Shown one piece after another: positions 12,285 through 26,029 of a stretch of DNA of 64,000 bases. The notes beneath the pieces are model-generated. The model was not told where the DNA came from and did no database searches. It was given only the letters and a program-made list of their open reading frames with translations. Origin of the DNA: Isurus oxyrinchus (taxonomy: Eukaryota); contig JANJGN010000015.1 of assembly GCA_026770705.1 (NCBI GenBank), forward strand, positions 118,296,001 through 118,360,000, given 5' to 3'. Position 1 is the first letter of the stretch. Every line of letters starts with the position of its first letter. Position numbers and translations under genes: made by a program.

Positions 12285-13500
12285 ATTACAAGGAATGTAC
12301 AGTGCAGAAACAGGCCATTCAGCCCACCTAATTTGTGCTGGTAATTATCCTCTGTACAAGTCTGCTCCCATGTCTTGTATCTCATCTCCGCCTGTCGGTC
12401 TATCTTTCTATTTCCTTTCATTTCGTGTGTTGTCTCACTCATCATGTGCCACTTGTGGTATGCAAATTCCATATTCTAATCACTCTCTGAGTCAAGAAAT
12501 TTCTCCTTATTTTCCTGTGCCACCGGGGATGTGGTGGCGCAGTGGTATTGTCAGCTAGTATTCCAGAGACCCAGGGTAATGCTCTGGGGATCTGGGTTGG
12601 AATTCCACCACGGCAGATGGTGAAATTTGAATTCAATAAAAATCTGGAATTAAAAGACTAATAGTGACTGTGAAACCATTGTCGATTGTTGTAAAAACCC
12701 ATCTGGTTCACTGACGTCCTTTAAAGAAGGAAATCTGCTGGATTTACCTGGTCTGGCCTACATGTGACTCCACACCTACAGCACTGTGATTGACTCTTAA
12801 AATGTCCTCTGAACAAGGGCAATTAGCGATGGGCAATAAATGCTGGCCTAGCCATCAATGCCTACATCCAGTGAATGAATAAAAAAAAAAATAGATTTAT
12901 TAGTAACTATACCATGTATTTATGGCTCCCTAGGTTTGGTTTTTCCCATAAATGAAAGCATTCTCTCCACATCTACTCCGTCCAACATTCATAATTTTAA
13001 AGGCCTCTACATCTTAATTTGTCTAAAGAACAAAAAGCTCCAACCTGTTCCATTGTTCCCAATAACTGTAATCTCTCAGTTCTAGGACCATCCTTGTAAA
13101 TCTCTTTCACACCTTCTTGAGTATTTCAATGTCCTTTTTGTCAATTGGAGAACAGAACCATACACAGTACTCTGTGTTATCTAACAAGGGTCCCATACAA
13201 GTTAAGCATAACTTTACTGCTTATGAATTCAGTACGTCTAGAAATAAATCTGTGTCTTGTCAGCATTTTTAAATGCTTTGCTGACTTGCAATGCTGTTTT
13301 TAATGATCTGTTCATCTGTGCCTCCAGATCCCTTTGCTCATCTATCCCACTAAGTTTCTAATTTTCTAAGGTATAGGCAATGTTTTTCCTACCAAAACTT
13401 CACACCTCACTATTATCGATGTTAAAATTTGCTGGCTACTTAACTGCCCAATCTACAAATTTTGTGATGTCTTCATGTATTATGTTGCATTCTTCGACAG
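12285..13500 (-). mobile_element. Old CR1 fragment interrupted by a SINE at 12527-12890
   Basis: RNFLTQRVIRIWN and the CR1 3' hairpin (GGCTGAATGGCCTG). Confidence 0.65.
12527..12890 (+). mobile_element. tRNA-head SINE sharing its body and tail with the second LINE family
   Basis: A-box-like TGGCGCAGTGG and B-box-like GGTTGGAATTCC. Tail GGGCAATTAGCGATGGGCAATAAATGCTGGCC followed by poly-A. Confidence 0.8.
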
Positions 13501-14585
13501 TGTGGGCTACCCATTAAACTAGGTCCTGTCCATTCCCTCAAGTCAATATTAAAGATTCCATGGCTCTTGGGGACTTGCACGAGTAATGTAGGCAGTCTAC
13601 AGAGGTGGCAAAGAAAGAGGAAATCATGGAGTAAGTGACAATGCCATTATTTACACCATGCCTACATGTAAATGGCATGCAAATATATTTGCAGGTTGGA
13701 TCTTGTTGAAAGGTAGGTTTGTAAGCGTCATCATTATCATGTCAAATAAAGTATCATTAACAATTCATTTCATTTAAGTACATTTTTAACTGTAATTGTT
13801 TTTAAGCATTAATTGTTGCTACAGTATAAACGTTTTGAGATTGAGGTCTTGTGTGGCTATACCTTCCCACACCACTGACATCAAGATGATATGGAGTATA
13901 AGGCAGGAAAATGGTGTTGAGTGCATATGAGCCGTAATCTAATTGCACTGAGTAGGAGGCTGAGGGACTGAATGGCCTACACTTGCTCCTCAATTTTGAA
14001 ACTATGACACAAAAAGACTGGGCTGCAGGGTGCAGCAAAAGATGTTCCAAAGATTATCAATGGAAGTCACAACGTTGATGGACTCCTTGCCCGAACTTTC
14101 CTCTGATAGTTGGATTAATATATTCTATATCTGTATGGAATGTTGGTTTCATGGATTTATTAATATAACAAAGTTTGCTACACTTTATATTCAACATTAG
14201 AAAAGGCCTGGAATTAATTGGAGCTCCAACCTGCTTATATCCAAGGTTTTATGTTGTCTCCAGTGGTAATTGTGAAGATGACAATGCTCTGGGAGATACT
14301 ATTACTTATCACTGCCCCCAAGGTGATGAAATGCTTTGAATCAAATGAATCCATCAAATTGCTGGTAAAATAAATGACTGCACTGCGTCCAGTTCATGCT
14401 GTCATGCTTGCTATGGTGCATTCTAATTAGAAACGTAGGAAACATAAGAAAACATGGAGGAAAATGGCTGTTTCAAACTCTCAAGGTGTAAAATCCATAG
14501 CACAGGATGTATAGTCAAAATAATCACCCACCTTCTTTGGAAAAGAATTTTGAACTTGTGAAAGTCACATAATGCGGAAATCATT

Positions 14586-15161
14586 TGTTATGGTATTTAA
14601 AAAAAATAACAGCAAGAAGCTGTTCTCCAGACAGAGTTCCATCAGAAAGCCCTCAAACTAGCTGCAAGTCATCTAAACAGCCAAAGTAATAAAGAGTAAT
14701 ATCTTGAAAGTGAGAGGGGGACTCCACCAATGTGTCCCAACTTCATGTTCACCTGAGAAGCAACCTCTTAGAAATTCAGCCACAAGAAGCCTTGCAGCTT
14801 ACTGAGAATCCTGTTTTACAAGACCTTTACTTCAATCAAAGTGTCAACCCATCCAAGAAACTATAGGCCTACCAAGAAAGAGACTGAGATAATCTAAATT
14901 GCAACAGTATTGTTTTTCCTTCATTTGTATCTAATCTTTGCGTGTGTGATAGTGTGCATGAGTCGAGTGAATGAGGCATCGCATTTTAAACATCCAGGGT
15001 AAGTGTGTGATAATAAATAGCCTTTAGAACTTACAAACATCTTGCTTCTGGAATAATTTAATTGGGACAATCAATCTGAAGGTAAGAAAACACACATTCC
15101 TTATATGCAAACATATTGATCATGAGCACTAAAAAGGAACTCATACATTCTCCCCATGACA
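14586..15161 (+). mobile_element. Possible solo LTR
   Basis: TGTTATGG...CCATGACA inverted termini, with an internal GT-rich patch and AATAAA. No clear TSD. Confidence 0.35.
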
Positions 15162-15565
15162 CTTGTGACTGTGAAAAACATTCAGGGCTGCACTCACTAG
15201 CTCTGAATTCCAGAAGACTCTTTAATATTGGCAGAAACATCAATCCTGTTGGTTCTTTATGAATGTTAACAATATTTATTTATACCCTCCTTAAACCCAG
15301 TTTGGGTCTTAAGAGAGGAATACTTGTCCAACAAATGCATTGCAGTCTCCTGCCTTTATCCTGCCTACTTGATCTAACATCTGTGCCAGCTGCCAAACTA
15401 TAACCCTTCTGTTCCTCAGGTGCTATTTCCTTATGCTCATGGATTTACACATGCTGTTTTGCACTGATACCATGTAAGCATGATACGTAATACTGCAGGT
15501 GTGATGTGCTTGACCTGTTCAGCACATGCATGGAAAAATAATGCTAGAAAGCGAAGGATGCACAT

Positions 15566-17877
15566 ATGACATGTGTCATAGTGGGGGAACATTTAGGAGA
15601 CAGTGATCATTATATTGTATGTTTTAGGATGATGATAGAAAAGGACGATAAGCAATCCAGAGTAAGAATAATTAACTGGACGAGATCCAACTTTAATGGG
15701 GCAAAAACAGAGCTGGGCCAGACAGACTGGAATGAAAGATTGGCGGGAAAAACTGTAACTGAACAATGAGCTACCTTCAAAAAAATTGGTTCGGTCACAG
15801 TCAAGGTATAGTCCATTGAAAGGGAAAGGTAGGGCAAACAAATCCAGAGCTCGCTGGATGAACAAGTAGATAGAAATTAAGATAAAGAAGAAAAAGTGCA
15901 CTTATGACAGGTGTCAGGTAGAAAATACAATTGAGAACCAAAAGGAATGCCGAAGGTTCAGAGAGGAGGTGAAAAAGTATATTAGAGGAATGAAGAGCGA
16001 TTATGAGAAAAGACTGGCAGCCAACAAAAAGGGGAATCCCAAATTCTTCTATAGACATATAGATAGTAAAGGGATGATAATAGGAGGAGTAGGGCAGATT
16101 AGGGACCTAAAAGGGAATTTACACATGGACAAAGGGGCCATGGCTGAAGTATTAAATAACACTTTTTATCCGTCTTTACTGAGAAGGTAGATGCTACCCA
16201 GGCCATGGTGACAGACGAGGAAACTTTGTCACTAGAAGGGTTCAAAATTGATAAGGAGGAAGTGCTGAATAGACTGTCAGTACTTAAAAGTTGACAAGGC
16301 ACCAGGACCGGATGAGATGCATCCAAGGATATTGAAGGAAGTGACAGTGGAAATTGCAGGGGTACTGACCATAATCTTTCAGTCTTCCCTAGACTCAGGG
16401 GTGGTATCAGAGGACTAGAGAATTGCAAACATTATGCCCTTGTTCAAAAAAGGTTGTAAGGATAAGCCCAGCAATTACAGAACAGTCAGTTTAACTTCAG
16501 TCATGAGCGAGACTCTAGAAACAATTATTTGGGATAGAATTTGTAGTCACATGGAAAAATATGTGTGAATAAGGAAGAGTCAGCATGGATTTCTAAAGGG
16601 GAAATTATATTTAACTAACTTGCTGGAGTTTTTTGATGAGATAACAAAAAAGGTCGATAAGGGTAATGTTGCTGATGTGGTGTACATGGACTTTCAAAAG
16701 GCATTTGATACAGTGCCATGCAACAGACTTGTGAGGAGAGTTATTGCTCATGGAATAAAAGGGACAGTAGAAACATGGATCCAAAATTGGCTGAAAACTT
16801 GGAAGCAGAGAGTAGTGGTCAGTGGATATTTTTTGGGCTGAAGGAAGGTTTGTAGTGGAGTTCACCAGAGGTTGGTATTGGGACCCTTGCTTTTCCTGAT
16901 ATATATTAATGATGTAGATCCCTGTGTGCAGGGGACAATTTCAAAATTTGCAGATGATACAAAGCTTGGGTGTGTTCTGAACTGCGAGGAGGATGGTGTG
17001 TAACTGCAAGAGGATATAGACAAGTTGGTGGAGAGGGCAGATAGATGACAGATGAAGTTCAATGCGGAGAAGTGTGAGGTGATGCATTTTTGTAGGAAGA
17101 ACATGGAGAGACAATATGAAATAAAGGGTGAAATTTTGAAGGGGGTGTAGGAGCAGAAAGATATGGGTATATATGTGCATAGATCATTGAAGCTGGAAGG
17201 ACAGTTGGAGAGAACAGTTAATAAAGCATATAGTATCCTCAGCTTTACTAATAGGGGCATTGAGTACAGGAGCAGGGAGGTTACACTGAATTTATATAAG
17301 ACTAGTTAGACCTCAGCTGGAATATTGTGCACAGTTATGGGTACCACACTATAGGAAGGATATGAACACGTTGGAGGGAAGGCAGAAGAGGTTTACAGGA
17401 ATGGTTCCAGGGATGAAAAACTTCAATTATGAGAATAGATTGGAGAGCTCAGAACTGTTTTCCTTGGAGAGAAGAAGGCTAAGAGGAGATTTGTTAGAGA
17501 TGTTTAAAATCACGATGGGGCTGGACAGAGGTAGGGAGAAACTGTTCCCGCTCGTAAAAGGATCAAGAATGGGAGGGCACAGATTTAAAATGATTTACTA
17601 AAGAAGCAAATGTGACGTGAGAAACAACTTTTTCACACAGCGAGTGGTTCGGGTCTGGAATCTGCAGCCTGGAAGTGTGGTGGAGGTAGGTTCAATCAAG
17701 GAATTTAGGAGGACATTAGATGATTATTTGAATAGAAACAATGTGCAGGAGTTTGGATTAATGGTCGGGCAATGGCACCAGGTCACAATGATCATTTGGA
17801 GAGCCAGTGCAGACACTATGGGCCGAATGGCTCCTCCTGTGCCATTAAAATTCTGTGATTCTGTGATATGATTCTCT
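15566..17877 (+). mobile_element. CR1-clade LINE (HER1-like), 5'-truncated, decayed ORF2
   Basis: HLGDSDH (endonuclease end), NPKFFY, VYMDFQKAFDTVP, KFADDTKLG, FSLERRRLRGDL. 3' hairpin and (ATTCTGTG)n terminus. Confidence 0.93.
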
Positions 17878-19409
17878 AAAGAGGAGATTAAAGCAAAAAA
17901 TGTTTGGAAATCTCTAAACTAAGACAAAAGGATCTAAAACATTAAGGCAATCTAGTAAACCAATTGGGAGTGTTTCTAAGCTGGAGAAATGATAAACCCA
18001 TATACATTATTAAAAGTCATGCATATGGTACCAACTCCTTGGCCACAAATTAATTTCAGCTGGGACTCCTGTGGAGAAGAATCACTAAGATTTCAGTAAA
18101 GCATAATGATGGGCATTGCCACACCTGGAGTGTGAAATATTCACTTTACGTCTGTCTTAGTTCCTTTTAAATTTGTTGCCAATTTGCTTTGTTTCGGGGG
18201 GGCTTCCAAACTGAATAGTTTTGTACCAATTAAGGCAGAGTTTCCCCATTCTCCATCCCATCCTCTCCCTCATCCAAGCACTGACTACTGATCTTTCCCC
18301 TCCTTCTCCACACTGGTCCTCTGCATGGGATCCACCTTCTCCTCCCTTGACCCTTCCTCATCCAAATTTCTGAGCACTCCATATGTTTTCTTTTTGCCTC
18401 TGTGTTTGCTGATATTAATTTGGTTTGGACCCTCATCATCACCATTATCAGCTACCATTATCAATGCTAATTCCTCCATCCTTCTCAACTACCACTCATT
18501 ACCTCCATCTCCTCGAGCCCTCAAACTCATTGTTGCTCTCAAGTTCCTTTGTTGTTTTATGGCATTGTGTTCAGAAATGACAGGTCAGATGCATTTCTGT
18601 GAAATCATTGAGCCTGTCATATCAAAGACATGATTTGAGATAAATCCCTAAAGGCGTAAGATGAGCAGGTCTGTTCATGCAGGATTAGTGGTAGTTGTTG
18701 TGGGCAATGACTCACTCGCTTATGTGTCAATAATGCTGTTCTTTCCCTCACACTGCAGTTGGTTTGCTGAGTAAATATCTTTCAGTTATACCACAGAATT
18801 ATTCAAATAACCTTAGTGAAGCGTTGAGGTGAATCTCTGTTTGCTGGGAATGTGCAGTGAGATCATTTTCCTGAATGGACCATTTCAGGCCACAGGATAA
18901 CCACGCAGAATCAGAGTGCCACAGCTCCACAGGTCCTTGCTTTTGACTTGCAGACCAGGGCTATATGAGTTCCCATCCTTGGGTTGGGTTGGATCTGTCA
19001 GTGAGCAGAGGCCAGGAGATTTCCAACTGAGAGGAATGGGAGAATTGGAGAGTGAATCATCCACATCTGAGGAACCTATTATTAACAAGCTAAAGTATAA
19101 CTAGGTGGTAGCTCAGGAATCAGGCTGACAGCCTTTGGAACAGGGGAATGCTAGGTGAAACCTACAGAGAGGGCTATGCTGGCAACATTGGGATTGTAGG
19201 TGGTGCACATGATGAATATCAAGATTCCAGAGTCAGTTCAGTAAGTTTTAAAAGTTTTCCTACTTCTTCTCAGATTCCAAACATCAAGCCATGAAGCAGA
19301 CTCTTCTCCAGTCAGATCTGGGGCATACAGTGCAGAAATCCAAATGGAAAAAAGATGCAATCTGACTAATTTTCCTAATCCATTTATTGACTTATTTGCC
19401 CTTATTTTT

Positions 19410-21520
19410 ATTCATTCGTGCAATACGCGCGTCACTGCAAGGCTAGCATCTATTGCCCATCCCGAATTGCCTTTGAGAAAGTGGTGGTGAGCTGCTTTCT
19501 TGAACTATGCAGTCTACGTGGTCTAGATGCATCCACAGTACCATTGGGAGGAAGTCCCAGGACTTTGACCCAGTGACAATGGAGGAATGGTGATATTGTT
19601 CCAATTTAGGATTGTGTATGAATTGGAGGAAAACCTGCAAGTGGTGGTGTTCCCATGTGCTTGCTGCCCTTGTCCTTCTGGGTGGTAGAGTCACAGGTTT
19701 GGAAGGTGCTGTCAAAGGAGCCTTGGTGAGTTGCTGCAATGTATCTTGTAGATGGTACACACTACTGCGACTGTGTGTTGATGGTCAAGGGATTAAATGT
19801 TTAAGGTGGTGGTTAAGGTGCCAATGAAGTAGTCTGCTTTGTCCTGGATGGTGTCGAACTTCTTCAGTGTTGTTGGAGAAATGTCCTGGTCCTGTGATAA
19901 TTGTCTTCCAACAACCACAACAATTTTCCTTTGTGTTAAGTATGATTCCAGTTAGTGAAACATTTTCTTCCTGATTCCCATTGACTTACATTTCACTAGG
20001 GCTCCTTGATGCCACGCTTGGTCATATACTCTCTTGACATCAAGGGCTGCCACTCTCACCTCACCTCAGGTATTCAGCTTTTATTAATTTATATATCAGA
20101 TTTCCAGAATCTGCAGTATGTTAGTTTTGTCTCCTGGCCATGATTGGATCAAGGCTGTAGTGATCCTGGTGGAACTAACCTGAGTATCAGTAAGCAGGTT
20201 ATTGGTGAGTGCTGCTTATTGCACTGTTGACAATACCTTCCAGCACTTTGCTGATAATTAAGAGTGAACTGATGGGGCAGTAATTGGTGAGACTGAATTT
20301 GTTTTGCCTTTTGTAGACAGTACATACCTGTGAAAATTTCCAATTTATCAGATAGATGCCAGTGTTGTAGCTGCACTGGACCTACTTGGCTAGGGATGTG
20401 GCTAGTTCTGAAGCACAAAGCTTTGGCAATACAGCCGGGATGTTGTCAAGGTGCATAGCCTTTGCTGTATCCAGTGCACCCAGCTGTTTTTTGATATCAT
20501 GCAGAGTGAATTGAATTGGCTGAAGACTGAAGCATCTGTGTTGGGGAAGCTGGAGATCAAAGAAAGAGGCCAAGATAGATCACCATTTGACACTTTTGGC
20601 TGAAGATCATTGTGACTGCTTCAGCCTTCTCTTTTGCACTCGTTGAGGTTGGGAATATTTAACGAGCCTCCTCCTCTAATTCGTTGTTTAATTGTCCAAC
20701 AGCTTTCACAACTGGATGTGGCAGAACTGCAGAGCTATGGTCTGATCAGTTAGTTATAACATCACTTTGCTCTGTCTATGGCATGCCCCTTCCTCTGTTT
20801 AGCATGAGTGTAGTTCTGTGTTGGTGCCTCATTTTTAGGTACAGCAGGTGCTGCTCCTGGCATGTTGTTACACTCCTCATTGAACCAGGATTGGTCACCT
20901 GGTTTGACGATAATGATAGAGTGAGGGATATTTTGGGCCATGATCTTAAAGCTCGTGGTGGAATACAATTCTGCTGCTGCTCACAGTGTCTCATGGATGC
21001 CCAGTTTTTAGCTGCTAGATATATTCTGAATCTAATCCATTTAGCACAGTGGCAGTGTCACACAACACTATGGAGAGTCCTCATTGTGCAGTTGGGACTT
21101 TGTCTCCACATGGACTATGTGGTGGTCACTCCTGCCAATACTGTCACTGTCATGGACAAATGCAACTGATAATTAGGTTGGTGAGGACAAGGTCTGGTAG
21201 ATTTTCCCCTCATGTTGGTTCTCTCACCCCTTACTACAAATTCAATCCAGCAGGTATGGCCCTCTTAACTGTCTCTCACTGTACTGCTGGCACTCCTGGT
21301 GGTGCCAGTGGGACAGGACATGGCTGGGCTGGTAAAGGAGAAGCCTGAGGTGTTGGCTGAAAGATATGATTCTGTGAGTTTGATTTTGTCAGGCTGCTGC
21401 TTGACTTGTCTGTGGGACAGCTCTCCTAATTTTGGCACATGCCATGAGATGTCAGTGAGGAGAGTTTTGCTGGGCTGACTGGGCTGGCTGTGCCTTTGTC
21501 TTGTCTGAGTCCAATGCATA
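19410..21520 (-). mobile_element. Same LINE family, internally deleted
   Basis: VPKLGELSHRQVKQQPD, KPGDQSWFNEEC, PAVLPKLCASELATSLAK. Family 3' tail. Confidence 0.85.
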
Positions 21521-21779
21521 CATCAATACTGGGTGGTCTGTCCAGTTGGTGGGAGGAGGGCAGCAGGGAGGAACATATAAGCACTTTTGGTGGCCTGCAG
21601 ACAAAGGATGCAATGGGTAAATTTAAAGGTAAGTATCCACATAAAGTAAATTGTTACTATGGAAATAAGAGCCTTTAAAACAGTAAAAATTACAGCAAGG
21701 CAGCATTTATTACCCATTCCTAATTACTCAGGACAACTCAGAGTCACCACATTGCTGTGGAACAGTTGTCACTGTTAAT

Positions 21780-22175
21780 TGGCGAGAGTGGCACAGTGGG
21801 AATGTCCCTGGGCTAGTAATCCAGAGACCCAAACTTATGCCCTGGGAGCATCAGTTCAAATCCAAGATAGCAGCTGATGAAATTTAATTCATTAATAAAT
21901 CCGATTAATAAAAAATCTGGAATTGAAAGCTAGCCTCAGTGATGGTGACCATGAAACTCACCTGATTCACTCATGCTCTTTAGGGAAGGAAACCCGTTGT
22001 CCTTACCTGGTCTGGCCTATTTGTGACTCCAGACCCAGGGCGATGAGATTGACTCTTAGCTGCCCTCTGAAATGGAACAAAAAGCTGCTCAGTTGTAGCA
22101 ATTATGGATTTGCAAAAAAGATGCTGGCCTTGCCAGCAATGCTTGCATCTCATGAACGAATATAAAAAAAAAAAT
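21780..22175 (+). mobile_element. Same SINE family (a further minus-strand copy lies at about 22490-22880)
   Basis: Similar to 12527-12890, with poly-A tail. Confidence 0.78.
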
Positions 22176-22939
22176 AAATTAATGTTAAGGGTTACACTTG
22201 AGGCCTTCGGTGACCAATGGGCACCACAGGGGCTGGAATGCATCATCGACACTGGGAATGTTATTTTAATTTGTTAAGTTTCCTTTCACGATTTTTTGTT
22301 ACAATAATCTGAAACTACCTCTTTAAGGGGTTGGCCTTTTGTTTAACAGTATTTTAAAGAGACACTTATTGACGCCAATGGTGTGTTGTACAGTTAGGAG
22401 TGATACATTTGTAATACCTTGCTTGGTGAATAAATCTAAAACTGAGTAAAGATTGACTTCTGATCTTCTGATGGATTGGCTATAAGAGATTTAACAGTTA
22501 CGTGTAGGCCAGGCTGCCTTAGGACAGCAGGTTTCCTTGCCTAATATCTGAACCTTTGTTAGGGTGGTTTGGGTAACAAAAATGCATGTGTATGCATCAA
22601 GTTTGGGACAAGTGTGTCAAGCTTCCGCCAATCCCTATGGATAGATAAAGCTGCATTGTCCAAGTCTAACACGAGTGTTCTTCCCTAAAGGGCATTAGTG
22701 AATCAGATGGGTTTTTATAACAACAGTTTCATGGTTATCATTAGACTTTTAATTCCAGATTTTTATTGAGCTCAAATTCTACCATCTGCCATGGTGGGAT
22801 TCAAACCCAGGTCCCCAGAGCATTACCCTGGGTCTCTAGAACACTAGTCCAGTGACAATACCACTACACCACCACCTCCTCTTTGTGCAAACCAGCCACT
22901 GGACCGAGTCAGTATGATTTTACTATACATCAGAAAGAT

Positions 22940-23380
22940 GAAGAAAGACTTGGATTTACATAACATCTTGAATGATCTTAGGATGTCCGTAGCACTTTTG
23001 TAGACAATTAAGCATTTTTGAAATGTAATCACTGTTATGATGTAGGAAATCCAGCAGCTAATTTGCATACAATGAGGTTGCATAACAGCAGTTAAACAAA
23101 ATCAGGTGACAGTCAAAATGTTGATCAAGAGATAAATATTGACCAGGACAATTGGGAGAATTCCCCTGCTCTTCTTTGAATACTCCCGTAGGATATTTTA
23201 CATCCACCTGAGAGAGCAGATGAGGCCTCAGTGTTTATACCTCGTCCAATATACAGCACCTTGGACAGTGCAGCACTCCCTCAATCCTGCACTGGAGTGG
23301 CACATTAGATTTCTTGTGACCGTGGAATGGGACACGACTCACAACCTTTGGACTGAGTGCTTGTGCCACAAATGACATTG
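22940..23380 (-). mobile_element. Deu-domain SINE
   Basis: CTCTCAGGTGGATGTAAAATATCC..GAAGAGCAGGGGAATTCTCCC core on the minus strand. Confidence 0.72.
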
Positions 23381-23814
23381 TACCTATTTCAGCCACTGCA
23401 TTGGCCCATAAACCGTGGCATCCACCATTAAGGGCCTCGCTCCTTCTCTGTGCTGCCTCTGTTCTTTGATTTGAAACCCAGACAGGTGCTGGCATCACCT
23501 GAAATGAAGTCACCGAGAAGGTGCGCCCCACTGTTCTGAAATGTCGCTTCTGCTGTCTGTCCTAAAACCACATAAGTCTGTAACTCAATGGAACAGCCAA
23601 GTTTTTATGCCTTCAGGCAACTGAACGTATGACAACAAGCAGTGCCTTGGAACCACCGCAGGGTTTCACCAGTACACTGGAACTCCACTGGTGTGGCCCG
23701 TGACAGCCTCGACTCCACCCAGATCCCTTCCTCACAAGCAGCACTTTAGATAATTGGTTTATTTGCTTTAATTCTGCTGAATAAAATGAAATTTCTTGGC
23801 TGGTTTAACTACAG

Positions 23815-24412
23815 AGTTCACATCCACCTCCAAACATAGCTCGTCTCTGCCCTTTCCTCAGCTGCAGCTGAAACCCTTGTCCATGCTTTTGCTACTCCCT
23901 CGTCTCAGCTATTCTATCTCCCATCAGCTATAAAAGTGAACTTCTCTAAAACTCTGGTGCCCGTACCTTAAGTTGCACCATGTCCCGTTCTCCCGACATC
24001 CCTGTGCTCACTGATTCCCGGTCAGGGAATGCTTCAACTTTAAAATCCTCCTCCTTGAGTTCAAATCCCTCCACGACCTCCCCCTTCCCTATCTCTGCAA
24101 CCTCCTCCAACCCGCTGAGATTTTTGTGTTCTTCCAACTCTGGCATCTTGTGCAGCTCGGACTTCCTTTGCCCACCATTGCCAGCTGTGATGTCAGCTGC
24201 TTAGGCCCTGAGCTCTCGAGTTCCCTCACTAAAACTCCACCATTCCCTCCTTTAAGATGCATCTTAAAACCTACATCTTTGACCAAGCTTTTGCCTGAAT
24301 GTCTGCTTCTTTGACCTGGTGCTGTTATTTTTTTTGTCTGATGTTGATTCTGTGGAGTACCTTGGTGTGTTACTATGTTAAAGGTGCTATATAAATTCAA
24401 GGCGCTGTTGTT
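23815..24412 (+). mobile_element. L2-clade LINE 3' fragment
   Basis: Ends CTTAAAACCTACATCTTTGACCAAGC...AAGGTGCTATATAAAT..GTTGTT. Similar short ends at about 6990-7140 and 32200-32380. Confidence 0.7.
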
Positions 24413-24669
24413 AACTGGCCATGATTTTAATGGAAAAGTGTTTGTCTAAGTCACTGTCATCAGTAAAAATGACACTGTCAGGCTGCTTAATTGTTCCTAG
24501 GTACAAGGTTTAATCTTTTCCAGGCTAAAAAATGTGAAGTCTGTGTAATGACAGAGCCATGCTTGTAGCTATTGATTTATCATGGCAAGCAAGCAGCTAT
24601 TCACATCTAGGGAACTTTCACTTCTACTGAGATCAATTGATTAATATTAAAAACAGGTAGGGATCTCCC

Positions 24670-25030
24670 AAAGGCAGCGTGTGAGTGGCTGAGCCATTAA
24701 GACTGGGAAGGGTCCTGGTCCAAGTTAGCTGATCCCAGCCAGTGTGATAGTAAAGGGGCCAGGAGGATTTAACCCAGAGCAACTGGGCTGTGGAAGGGAG
24801 CAATCAGCTTTTCTTTGTTACCCTGTAACCCCCTGCTGGAATGTGCATGTGTGGGCACTGAGTGAGGATGGGACCAGGCTCGAATTTGAAGCCCCCCATG
24901 GTCAATTAGCCCAAGTCGATGCCGACTGTTTAATTTCACACTTCAAGGGTGACTATTGGATAAGATAACCAATGGTGATCAGTGCGTGTGGAAGTGGACA
25001 CTGGCACAAGTTAGTGCCTTTGCAGCGGAG
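24670..25030 (+). mobile_element. LF-SINE-like ancient SINE (related pieces at about 43900-44290, 49215-49370, 49860-50060, 10080-10230)
   Basis: Shared motifs AGTTAGCTGATCCCAGC, GGGAAGGG, ATGTGTGG, CCATGGTCAATTAGCC, AGTGCCTT. Family name from recall. Confidence 0.45.
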
Positions 25031-25424
25031 ATGATTGTGTAACAGAGAAGGTTGCAGTTGGAGACAGTGAGACATTTTGTAATTACTTGAAGTGAGAAAC
25101 CTGCCCCTTTAAGGTGCATGAAGTAACTCGTTACTAAACATCTCCTGTTGAAGGACCAGGTTTTTCTTGTTTGCTGAGCAGTGTGGGGTCCAGCTGTTCA
25201 CACAAGTTTCTCTCTCCTCCTCCTGGGCACCACTCCAGGTATCAGTCGAACAGGCTCAGTCACTCTGCGGCTGTTCAGCAGCCACACTGCTAGGCTGTAT
25301 GTACACTTCTAATTATTAAATCAGGTAGCAAAACTCCTTCTCCTTCCCTGTGTGTTAGCAGCTAACTGGAGCCAAGGTGATGCATTTAAACAGGGAGCCA
25401 GCTCCCACCGCAGCAATGGAAAGG

Positions 25425-25830
25425 AAGAAAATCCTACATTTATATAATGCCCTTCACAACCTCAGGATGCCCCAAGGCACTTTGCAACCAGTGAGGTGTA
25501 GCCACTATTGTGATGTAGCAAAAGTGGCAACTAATTGGTGCACATCAAAATCCCACAAACATACAGAGAGATAATTTGTGTTAGTGATGTTGGTCAAGGG
25601 ATATATTTGGCGAGGATGCTGGTCTGGAGAACTGCTCTTCTTGAAATATCTTTTATGTCCACCTGAGAGGGCAGATGAGACCCTGTTTAACATTTCATCC
25701 AAAAAGTGATATCTCTGACAGTGCAGTGCTTCCACAGTGCTGAAGAGTTGGCCAAGATAATTTGCTCAACTCTTCAGAGTAGACCACAACTTTCTCTCAC
25801 TCAGAGGTCAGAGATCCATCAACTGAGTCA
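25425..25830 (-). mobile_element. Deu-domain SINE
   Basis: Same core and tail. Confidence 0.7.
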
Positions 25831-26029
25831 TGGTTGCCATCCTGTATGGAACCTTACCTTATCCTTCAGTGTGTCATAATGAACTACTTTCTGCAGTGTA
25901 ATTACATAGGCTAATAGAGTAGCAAATTCTAGCAATTCCAATTAATAACCAGTTAGTCAGTTTTTGGTTAGAGTTCCAAGATTTGGATAGTACCTTGGGG
26001 CCCTTTACACCCACTTGAATATACAGACA

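Noticed and set aside
12527-12620. tRNA gene
   Set aside because: A/B-box-like motifs belong to a SINE head; no intact cloverleaf seen.
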